64,000 nucleotides of DNA from Candidatus Sumerlaeia bacterium. GTDB taxonomy: Bacteria > Sumerlaeota > Sumerlaeia > SLMS01. A model generated the notes under the pieces. It searched no databases. It was not told the DNA's origin and saw nothing but the letters and a program-made list of their open reading frames with translations. Where the stretch lies: assembly GCA_038208905.1 (NCBI GenBank), contig JBBQYG010000001.1:21727-85726 (forward strand), written 5' to 3'. The number at the start of each line of letters is the position of its first letter. Position 1 is the stretch's first letter. A program made the translations under genes and the position numbers. Below are positions 38,641-47,600 of this stretch, piece by piece.

Positions 38641-38807
38641 GCCACTTCAACGACGCCCACCGGCCGTGCAATGCCGGCGCGGCCGATGCTTGCCTGATAG
38701 CGGCAGGACCGATGAATCTCTGGATCAAGTCGTAGGCTTGATCTACGAGCCCGTTGTTGTCGTTCCAGCCGGCGTAGGCGAGGATGAACTGTCTGCGGCC
38801 GCCCCCC

Positions 38808-41618
38808 CTACCTCACCCGCCATTCCTCCCCCGCGTCCTCCCCGCCCAGCGCGCCGGTTACCCTTAGCGCCAGCAGGCTTGTCGGGTGGGCGCCGTATTG
38901 GCCGGAGTAGCCGATGAGGCGGAATTCGACGGGTTGGGTGAGGGCTCGGAAGCGGGGCTCCTGGGGGAAGGCGATGCGGAGCGTTTGGTCGTCCTCCGAT
39001 TGGGAGCGCGGCGTGGTGAGGAGCGCGGCGGGCTCGGCGAAGCCGTCGATGCTGCTGAACACGGCGTAGCGTCGCGGGGCGTGCCAGCTCTGGCGGCGGA
39101 TGGTGAGCGTGAGGTCGTGGCCCGCGAGCGTGAGCGGCTGCTGCTCAGGCGGGGTGATGGTGAAAGTGAGGTGCTGGCCCTGTTGAATCGCATAGGCGAG
39201 GGTGGCGGCGGCTTCCTCCGCGGGGAGGTTGACGGACCAGCGCAGTGCGTCGTCTCCGGCCGTGCGGACGATGCCCGGTCCGGCGTCGATGCCCGACCAT
39301 TCGAGCCCGCTGGCGAGCACGTGGTGGCTGGTCCACGGGAGGCTCTGGCCTGGATTGGAGCCGAGGAAGCTGGCCTCCACGATGACGTTGGGCCCGCCCA
39401 CGGTGTGCAGGCTAAAGGTGCGCCAAGTGGCGTCGCCGTTGGCGTCAACGACCCGCGTATAGACAAAGGAGAGCCCCGGCTGCGTGGCCGTGCCGGCGAT
39501 CGTGATTCTGGGCGGCTGGGCGGTGACGATCTCGGCGGAGAGGTCGCCGCGCAGGCGCTCGGCGATGATCTCAACCGAGAGCGGGCCATCGCCGCCGGTG
39601 GTGGCAATCGTCGCGGTGTAGGGCTCGCCATACTTCGCAACGGGAAGGAGGGGCGGCGTTTGGAAGGACGGGACGGCCCCCTCTGGTTCGTCCACGTGGT
39701 TGGTGCGCGGGCTTTCGGCGATCCAATCGAGGAGGAATTGATACTTGTGGGCGTCGGCGTTGGGCTGGGTCAGGTGCTCCAAGTGGCCCCATTGCCCATA
39801 CTTGCCGAAGGGGGATGAATCGGTGAACATCACATGCGTGCGCAGGCCCTTTGACCGTGCCATGTTCAGGTGGGCGCGATAGACATCGCGGATGCGGGGG
39901 TCGCGGTTCATCATGGAGAGGAAGGTGGTGATGCCATCGTCGCGGGCGTCTCCGCCGTCATAGCCGTCGGTGTAAAGCGACGGCCCGCCCTCGTAGGCGA
40001 TGAGCGGCTTGGGAGCCGGGAACGCCGTCCGCGCGAGGTCCACGGCCCAGCGGTCAAAGCCACCGGCAAACGCCGTTGCGTCGGGTCCGGCGCCCTCGCG
40101 CGCATCGCCAGAGAGCATGCGCTCCATCCACTCGTCATAGGCCTCCGCGATGTGGCGGTGGTTGCTGGCGCTTCCCCAATAGGGATCGTCGGCGGGGACG
40201 GATACGGGGCGCATATTCCCGCCGCCGGGGTTGAACGTCTGGGTGGTCAGGAACCACGGATCGTCGGTGCCGGCCTGCTCCTGCGCGCGCTGAAAAACCC
40301 AGTCCTGAATGCCATTGCCAAAGTAGGTGGTCACGGCGACGGCGTCGGGCTCCACGGGGGGATTCAGCGTCGCGCCATAGGTTCTCATCTCGGCGAGGAA
40401 CTCGGTCGAGTAGCTCTCGACCCCGGTGAAGATCGCCGCCACGCGGACGATTCGCTGGTCTCCGCCAAAGACCTCCTGAAACTGGCGCCACACGTCGCAG
40501 AAGCGCCGCGCGTTGAACTGAGGCTTGCCGATGCCGAGCTCGGTGGCGCGCTGCCGGGCCCAGTCCCCTTGGGCAAAGGCGTTCCCGTTGCTCCATATCT
40601 CATTGGAGTATTCGAGGTAGATCCTCCGCCCCGGCTCGAGCGGCGGATGGACGGGATTTTCCTGTGGCGATTCATAGGGGGCGACGCCATCGCCGCCGTG
40701 GAGCATCAGCAGCGCCAGGTTGCGTATATACGTTTCGTTGGCGAGATGGGGGATGGTGATCCACAGGTCGAGTTCCGCCGCGTTGGCCAGCGCGATCACG
40801 TGCTCCCACGCGATGCCGGTCTGGCGAATGCCGGCGTGCCCGCCGCCGGGGCTGCGACGATGTTGCGGCCCCGTTTGGAACACGGCGGAGGGAAGGCGCC
40901 GATCGCCCCAGTCCTGCTCGGGATTGGCGTTGGTCTCCGTCAGGTTCATCGTGCGCAGGAAGCCCCAAGGGGCCTCGCGCAGGCGGGCGAGAAACGCGGG
41001 GTGGAAGAGCTGGCCCTCCAGCGACGCGCCCGTGGGATTCGCCGGATCGGGAAGCCACACGTCCAGATCGGTGAGGGGGTTGGCGGGGTCGAGGGCGTGG
41101 ACCTCCACCCAGGTGAGCTGACCGCCCGGGGCGAACTGATACGCGCGCCGCCCGTCCACGAGCGACCCCGTGGCCGCGCCGGAGGAGTCGCCCGCCAGAA
41201 AGCCCCCGCCGTTGAGCCGCAGGTCGGCGTTGCCGCGCCACTCCAGCACCACGCGCCCGCGGACGAGTTCCGCGCGGTCGGGCTGACCCGTGGCGGCCAC
41301 GGCGCCGGGGACGTTGGTGGCAAACATCAGGGCGCGATACCGGCGACCCTCTGGCAGGGAAATCGGCAACCCGCGCGCCGAAAAGTTTGGCTCGTTCCAG
41401 TGGAGGATCTCGCTCCCCCACGGGCCGCCGGGGGTGTACTCCATCCACACCCCGGCAGAGTGCATCCCGTTTGCGAAGTAGGGCGTGTCCCAATAGCTGA
41501 CGCCGCCCGAGTGGTACCCCACTGCGGGGAGCGTTGCGGGATCGGCGGCGCCGTGGCCGCGCGTCACGAGGAGGACCAGCAGCGCGGCGAGGGCGAGGAG
41601 GCGACACAGCATGGTCAA
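38808..41618 (-). CDS. Large exported protein, probable glycoside-hydrolase-like TIM barrel plus Ig-like and beta-sandwich domains
   Basis: Signal peptide, 'GIAWEHVIALAN...LWITIPH', 'YLEYSNEIW', 'LIAYEGG' and 'YGQWG'. Ig-like 'LPVAKYGEPYTATIATTGGDGP'. Confidence 0.65.
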   Translation of the reverse strand: MTMLCRLLALAALLVLLVTRGHGAADPATLPAVGYHSGGVSYWDTPYFANGMHSAGVWMEYTPGGPWGSEILHWNEPNFSARGLPISLPEGRRYRALMFATNVPGAVAATGQPDRAELVRGRVVLEWRGNADLRLNGGGFLAGDSSGAATGSLVDGRRAYQFAPGGQLTWVEVHALDPANPLTDLDVWLPDPANPTGASLEGQLFHPAFLARLREAPWGFLRTMNLTETNANPEQDWGDRRLPSAVFQTGPQHRRSPGGGHAGIRQTGIAWEHVIALANAAELDLWITIPHLANETYIRNLALLMLHGGDGVAPYESPQENPVHPPLEPGRRIYLEYSNEIWSNGNAFAQGDWARQRATELGIGKPQFNARRFCDVWRQFQEVFGGDQRIVRVAAIFTGVESYSTEFLAEMRTYGATLNPPVEPDAVAVTTYFGNGIQDWVFQRAQEQAGTDDPWFLTTQTFNPGGGNMRPVSVPADDPYWGSASNHRHIAEAYDEWMERMLSGDAREGAGPDATAFAGGFDRWAVDLARTAFPAPKPLIAYEGGPSLYTDGYDGGDARDDGITTFLSMMNRDPRIRDVYRAHLNMARSKGLRTHVMFTDSSPFGKYGQWGHLEHLTQPNADAHKYQFLLDWIAESPRTNHVDEPEGAVPSFQTPPLLPVAKYGEPYTATIATTGGDGPLSVEIIAERLRGDLSAEIVTAQPPRITIAGTATQPGLSFVYTRVVDANGDATWRTFSLHTVGGPNVIVEASFLGSNPGQSLPWTSHHVLASGLEWSGIDAGPGIVRTAGDDALRWSVNLPAEEAAATLAYAIQQGQHLTFTITPPEQQPLTLAGHDLTLTIRRQSWHAPRRYAVFSSIDGFAEPAALLTTPRSQSEDDQTLRIAFPQEPRFRALTQPVEFRLIGYSGQYGAHPTSLLALRVTGALGGEDAGEEWRVR

Positions 41619-42865
41619 TCCGACCCCGCCGCCGTCTGCCCCGCGAAGTAGTCCGTGTACTCCGGCAGCCCGTGCAGCACCGCGTCGCAGAGTTGTTTTC
41701 GGACGGTGGCGATGCTGAGTTCGTCCTTACCCTTGGTGGCGTCGTCGGGGAAGGTTCGGTTGGTGAAGAAGACCATGTAGGTCTTGGTCTTCTTGTCGAT
41801 CCAGACCAGGGTGCCGGTGTAGCCGGTGTGGCCGACGATGAGGTCGGCGGGCTGCTGGTTGAGGTCGGTGGTGTAGGGCTTTGAATCCCACACGTCGAAG
41901 CCCAGGCCGCGCTTGGCGTCCACGTTGGCGGGGGACTGGGTGGTGGTGAAGAGGCGGACGGTTTCGGGCTTGAAGACGCGGGTGTCGCCGAGGGCGCCTT
42001 CGTTGGCGATCATCTCGCACCAGCGGGCCACGTCGGCGGCGGTGGAGAAGACCCCCGCGTTGCCGGGGCAGTGGGCGTCGGACCCGTGGTAGGCCGCCAG
42101 CGGGTCGTGGACGATGCCGACGAGGGGGGTGCCGTCCTTGCGCTCGATGGTGGGGGCCGTGCGGGTGAGGGCCTCCTTGCTGGGGAGGTAGGTGGTGTCC
42201 ACCATGCCGAGGGGGCCGAAGACGCGCTCGCGCAGGAGGTCCTCCAGGCGCCGTCCGCTGGCGTTCTCGACAATGCGCGCGGTGGTCTGGAAGTTGAGGC
42301 AGCTATAAACGCTCTTGGTGCGCGGTTCATAGGAAGTCTTGAGCGCGGCATAGCGCGCGATCAGCGCGTCGGCGTTGAGCTGGCCGGGCTGGCGCAGGGA
42401 CTCCACGGTGTCCTTGTTCTCGTAAGCCTTGAGCCCCGACGTGTGCGTCATCAAATCGCGGACGGTGACGGTTTCCTTGCCGTTGGCCTCGAAGCCGGGA
42501 ATGTACTTGGAGGCGAGGTCGTCGGGGGAAATCACCCCATCCTCCACCAGGATCATGGCCCCGGTGGTGGTGCCGACCACCTTGGAAACGGAGGCCAGAT
42601 CGAACACCGTATTCATCTGCATGGGCGCCGCGTCCTCGGCATAGGTGAGCTTGCCGTAGGCCCTGGACCGCAGGACCTTTCCCGGCTGCCCAACCACCAG
42701 GACGGCACCGGGATAGACCTTTGCGGTGATTCCCGCCTCGACGATGGGGTCGAGCTTCTCCCACCCGGGCGCGGCGACCTCGGCCAGGGGTTCCGCCGCG
42801 GGCGCAACCGGCGCCGCCATCAGCGCGGCGAGCAGAATGGGGGCAGCACGGGGGAAAAGTCGCAT
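41615..42865 (-). CDS. Exported beta-lactamase-family serine hydrolase (peptidoglycan-recycling amidase/esterase-like)
   Basis: Signal peptide, 'FDLASVSKV', 'LMTHTSGL', 'YSCLNF', 'GNAGVFS' and 'GHTGYTG'. Confidence 0.88.
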   Translation of the reverse strand: MRLFPRAAPILLAALMAAPVAPAAEPLAEVAAPGWEKLDPIVEAGITAKVYPGAVLVVGQPGKVLRSRAYGKLTYAEDAAPMQMNTVFDLASVSKVVGTTTGAMILVEDGVISPDDLASKYIPGFEANGKETVTVRDLMTHTSGLKAYENKDTVESLRQPGQLNADALIARYAALKTSYEPRTKSVYSCLNFQTTARIVENASGRRLEDLLRERVFGPLGMVDTTYLPSKEALTRTAPTIERKDGTPLVGIVHDPLAAYHGSDAHCPGNAGVFSTAADVARWCEMIANEGALGDTRVFKPETVRLFTTTQSPANVDAKRGLGFDVWDSKPYTTDLNQQPADLIVGHTGYTGTLVWIDKKTKTYMVFFTNRTFPDDATKGKDELSIATVRKQLCDAVLHGLPEYTDYFAGQTAAGSD

Positions 42866-42939
42866 GGATGGGGCGCCTTGGAAGGGGATTACGGAGGCAA
42901 AATACAGCGCGGTCAACACCGATTAGTCAAGGGTGCCTT

Positions 42940-43048
42940 TACCACAAATCGACACTGATAAACACGAATTTTTCCCTGCCCGTGCCCGAAGGAAACCCAC
43001 GCGGACATGGTCGATTCCATTTGTGATCATTCGTGTCCATTCGTGGCA
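42940..43048. repeat. ~109-bp REP/MITE-like element, copy 2
   Basis: taccacaaatcgacactgataaacacgaatt...ttccatttgtgatcattcgtgtccattcgtggca, colinear with 28195-28300. Confidence 0.75.
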
Positions 43049-43298
43049 ACTGCTCCCCGATTCCCGCTCACCGGGCGGCCCATCCGAATGACCTTCGGTA
43101 AAGCGCTCTTCATCCCCCCACCCCCCCGGGCCGTGAAAACCGTTGCCACAATAGGCCCGGAACCTACCTTGTGAAGGGGGGAAGTTGGAGCAATTGGACT
43201 TAGGCCCGGCGGCGGGGTGGTGGGTGCCCGGGGCTGATGACCGTGGCGAGCCGATGGCTCCACGATGAATTTTCAGAAGCAAGCAAGGTGCGTCCCGA

Positions 43299-44537
43299 AT
43301 GAGCCAGATCCTGAACGGTGCCGAATCCCTTCATGACGAGGTCCATAGTGGGAGGTCGCCCCTGCTGGCGAAATGCGACCGCTTCACCAAGGCGGAGGAG
43401 CTGCGCGAGGTAGGCCTCTACCCGTATTTCCGCAAGATCGAGTCGGCCCAGGATACGGAGGTCGAGATCGATGGGCGGCGGATGCTCATGCTCGGCTCCA
43501 ACAGCTACATGGGGCTGACCAACGACCCGCGCATCAAGGAGGCCGCCACCAAGGCCATTGCCAAGTACGGCACCGGCTGCGCGGGCTCCCGGTTCCTGAA
43601 CGGCACGCTGGACATCCATGTGGAACTGGAGGAGCGCATCGCCGAAGTCCTCGGCAAGGAGGCGGCCCTGGTCTTTACCACCGGATACCAGACCAACCTG
43701 GGCGCGATCTCCGCGCTGGTGGGTCGCGAGGACGCGGTATTCGTGGACCGCACGGACCACGCCTCGATCATGGACGGCGCGAGGCTATCCTATGGCAAGA
43801 CGTTCAAGTTTGCCCACAACAACGTGGACGATCTGGATCGGATGCTGACCAATAGCACGGCCCGCGGCAAAATGATCGTGGTGGATGGCGTCTATTCGAT
43901 GGAGGGCGACATCGCCAAGCTCCCCCAGATCGTCGATGTCGCCCGCAGGCACCGGGCCGCGATTCTGGTGGACGACGCCCACGCCCTGGGGGTGATCGGG
44001 CGGGACGGCTCGGGAACGGCAAGCCACTTTGGCGCGACAGACGATGTGGAAATCATTGCGGGAACGTTTTCCAAGTCGCTGGCGTCGATCGGCGGCTATG
44101 TGGCGGCGGACCGCGCCATTATCGACTACCTGAAACACCACGCCCGGGCGCTTATCTTTAGCGCCTCGATGGCGCCCTCCTGCGTGGCCGCCGCCCGGGC
44201 AGCTCTGGAAATCATGATCGCCGAACCGGAGCGCCGGGAGAACCTGTGGCGCAACACGCGCTTCATGATGGAAGGCCTGAAGTCCATCGGCCTGGACACC
44301 GGCGATTCCGAAACGCCGATCATGCCGGTGGTCATCGGCGAGATCGAGCGCTGCTTCCAGGTATGGCGGATGCTGCACGACGCGGGGATCTTCGTGAATC
44401 CCGTGGTCGCCCCGGCGACTCCGCTGGACCGCTCTCTGATCCGCATCAGCGTGATGGCGACCCACACAACGGACCAGCTCTCCCACGCCCTCGATTGCAT
44501 CGAGAAATGCGTCCGCACGATGGGGCTGACGGGCTAA
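43299..44537 (+). CDS. spt: Alpha-oxoamine synthase, most similar to Bacteroides-type serine palmitoyltransferase
   Basis: 'LYPYFRKIESAQDTEVEIDG...GSNSYMGLT', 'GTGCAGSRFLNGT', 'DHASIMDG', 'DDAH' and PLP lysine motif 'GTFSKSLAS'. Confidence 0.72.
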   Translation: MSQILNGAESLHDEVHSGRSPLLAKCDRFTKAEELREVGLYPYFRKIESAQDTEVEIDGRRMLMLGSNSYMGLTNDPRIKEAATKAIAKYGTGCAGSRFLNGTLDIHVELEERIAEVLGKEAALVFTTGYQTNLGAISALVGREDAVFVDRTDHASIMDGARLSYGKTFKFAHNNVDDLDRMLTNSTARGKMIVVDGVYSMEGDIAKLPQIVDVARRHRAAILVDDAHALGVIGRDGSGTASHFGATDDVEIIAGTFSKSLASIGGYVAADRAIIDYLKHHARALIFSASMAPSCVAAARAALEIMIAEPERRENLWRNTRFMMEGLKSIGLDTGDSETPIMPVVIGEIERCFQVWRMLHDAGIFVNPVVAPATPLDRSLIRISVMATHTTDQLSHALDCIEKCVRTMGLTG

Positions 44538-44611
44538 GCCTTGCGTCCAGCCGGTCCACCGCGAGGATTCTCCCCTCAGAGGGTCGGGGATCGGGGGATG
44601 ACAACTTGGCG

Positions 44612-47600
44612 ATGAGTTTCAACAACTGCTTCTATCGCGTCGTTGCGAGCCTGTTGCTCGTCGGGGCGTTGCACGGCGCCGCCCCGGCGGCGCGCGTGAT
44701 TTTTGACGGCGTTCCGCCCGAGGGAATTCTGACGCGGGCAGACCGCCTGATGGTGACGACGACGGGGACGCTTGTCTCGCGGAAGGTTCCCCCCGTGAAG
44801 TCGCAGAGCGACACCTACCTTTTTGCGGTGCCCGAGGGGCCGTTGGAGCTGGTGGTCAACCGCCTCCAGTTCCGCAACACCCGCACGGGCGAGTTGCGCG
44901 ATTCCCTGCCCGGCGAGCCGCGCCACAAGGCCGTGTTCGACGCGGGCAAGCGCCAGTTCAAGCTCGATCCCTTCGGCCAATTCCGCGGCGTGCGCGCGGC
45001 GCGGCTGCAGATCAGCACGGCCCGGCCCTTCACCGATTCGGGCGAACAGCTGGAGATCGCCGGTTACGAGGCGGAGGTCCGCTGGCCCGAGCCCGGTGCG
45101 CCGCCCGCGTCCACCGACTCCGCGGTGGCGGGCGGGCTCTATCGCGAGATGCTCGACGCGACGCTGGCATATCCCCCCGCCCTCGAAGCGTTTGCCGCGC
45201 CCGATTCGGCAAGCCCCCACCCAGGGCCGACGGCGTGGCAGCCCGCGGCGGAGGGTTCACCCGGGATGCCGTGGCTTCGGTTCGCGGTGAAGGATGACGA
45301 CCTCTATCGCATCGATGCGGATTGGCTCCGCAAGGCCGGCGTCGCACTCGGAGAACTGACACCCGGCGACATCCAGATCGTCCGGGAGGGTGTCGCCGTG
45401 CCGGGCCTCGCGCTGCCGGATGCAAAGCGCCCCTTTGCCGACGGCGGCAGGCTCGTGTTTCACGCGAGCGGCAGCGATTCCAGCGAGACCGCCGAGGCCA
45501 CCTATTTCCTGGGCCGCCGACCGCAGCCCGCTCCGATGGCGGCGATGGAGACCGCCCCGCCGTCCAATGGCGATATCCGCGAAGCGGTTGTCTATACGCG
45601 GCGGCACGTGGCCGAGCAGGACAACCAGTTCGAGACGCGCATGGGCGCGTTCCTTTCCATCCGGGAGATGGACTGGCTGTGGGGTCCGCTGGGCGTGGCC
45701 AAACCGCTCGTAACGCCCTTCGCGCTTCCCGGCCTCTCCGACGGCGGAACGACCGCGACGGTGCGCCTCTACTACGGAGAGGGACCTTTCCCCGCCGGCG
45801 CGCGCCTGACCGCAAAGATTGGCGGATCCCAGATTCTGGACGCGGAAATAAAAGCGGCCACGCGCGACTACGAATTCGCGATCCCGGCCGGTGCCGTTTC
45901 GCGAGAAGGGAACCAGCTTGAGTTCCAGCTGTCCGCCAAGGCCGAGCCCGAGTCCAAGGTGCTCCTCGACCAGATCGCGTTCGACTATCGCTCGTTTCCG
46001 TCCGCTGATGCGGGGCGACTTGACTTCGCGTTCTCGCCACTCGCCACAGAGGTGGGTGGCACGACGGGCCTGCGCGCCGTTGGCTTCTCCGATTTCGTGC
46101 TGGCTGTTGACGTGACTGATCCCGCCAAGCCGATGCTGTATTCTCCGGAAAAGAGCGAGGGCGCCGTCCGTATCGTCGGCGCGATGGGGCCGACGACCCG
46201 CATCCTCCTCCGCGATCGCGACGCGGTGATGCTCGCCCCCGATGGACGCCCCGCGGCGGCGACGGACCTCGCGTCGCGCTCACAGTCGGCGGATGCGCTG
46301 ATCGTCTATCACAACCTCTTCGGGAAGGAAGCCACCCGCCTCGCCGAGTCGCTGCGCGAGGAAGGCATCGGAGTGAAGCTCATCGACGTGGAGACGATCT
46401 ACAACGCCTACTCGTACGGCGATACTTCCTCCACGGCGATCCGCAATTTCCTGGCGGTGGCGGTCAACGAGTGGGCTGGTCGCCGCCCCGCCGCCGCGAT
46501 CCTGATCGGCGACAGCACCAGCGACGGCCGCGGAGAGGCGCGCAACGGCCTACCCAATCATATGCCGATCCCGTTGATGGTTTCCACCCAGGGTCAGGCG
46601 AAGGAGTTCTGCTCCGACAGCGTCTATACATGGCTTCGCGGAGAAGACCAGGCCGCCGACATCATCCTGGCGCGCATTTCCCCCTCCGTTCCCGAGGAAG
46701 CCGCCGCGATTGTTGCCAACATCGTGCGCTATCGCGCGGCACAGGACACGCCGCAGGACTGGGCCGGCCGTGTGGTGACGCTGGTGGACAGCGGGGAATT
46801 CCGCGTTCCAGTGGAGCAGGCCTTCCGGCCCGGCCTGTTTGGCGGATACGAGAACCGCTTCGTCCACGCGGAGGACTTCGCGTGGGAGGACAACTACTAC
46901 CTGCCGGAGCATCTGATACGTCGCGTGGAGGACTCCAAGGTGAGCCCTCTGCTGACGGCGGAGATCGAGAACGCCTTCAACGAGGGCGCCGCCGTGGTTT
47001 CGTTCTTCGGCCACGGCGCGCCCAACCTGTGGAGCAATCAGCGCTTTTGGTTCGGCGGCGGCACGCCCAACAGCGACATCCCGCGGCTGCGCAACGGCGA
47101 GCGGATGCCGCTGGTGACATCGTTCACCTGCAACAACGCCGTGGTGGACTATCCGCTGGAGCCATGGAACATCTGCATCGCCGAGGACTTCATGCGGCAC
47201 GAGGGGAAGGGCGCCATCGGCTGCTTCATGCCGTCTGGGCCGGGCTTCCTCGCCAGCCATCGCGTGATGGCGGAGGGATTCTCCAACGCGATGTCGCGCG
47301 CGCGGGTTCGCTCTCAGGGCGTCCTCGCGGAGCTGACGCGCACCTACTATCAAGCCAAGCAGAATCCCGACGATCACTCGCGCATGTTCCTCTTCCTCGG
47401 CGATCCCTTTCTGCGCCTTCCCCCGCCGACGGGCCCGGGCGGGGACTATCGCCGCGAGCGCGACGCGACGCTTTCCGCCGAGGGCGGCGCCGTCGTGATC
47501 CGCGAGCTCAACGCGCAGGGAACGCCGGAGGAGAAGAAGCTCGCGGGGTTGCGACGCTGGGCGTTGACGCTGGAGAACCAGCTCTCGGTTCCCGCGGAGG

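Noticed and set aside
44246-44611. N-terminal extensions in the ORF track (also pilT, mcsB, CoADR, 30966-33035, 58020-59507)
   Set aside because: They overlap neighbouring genes; downstream starts with RBS, signal peptides or stop-start overlaps fit better.
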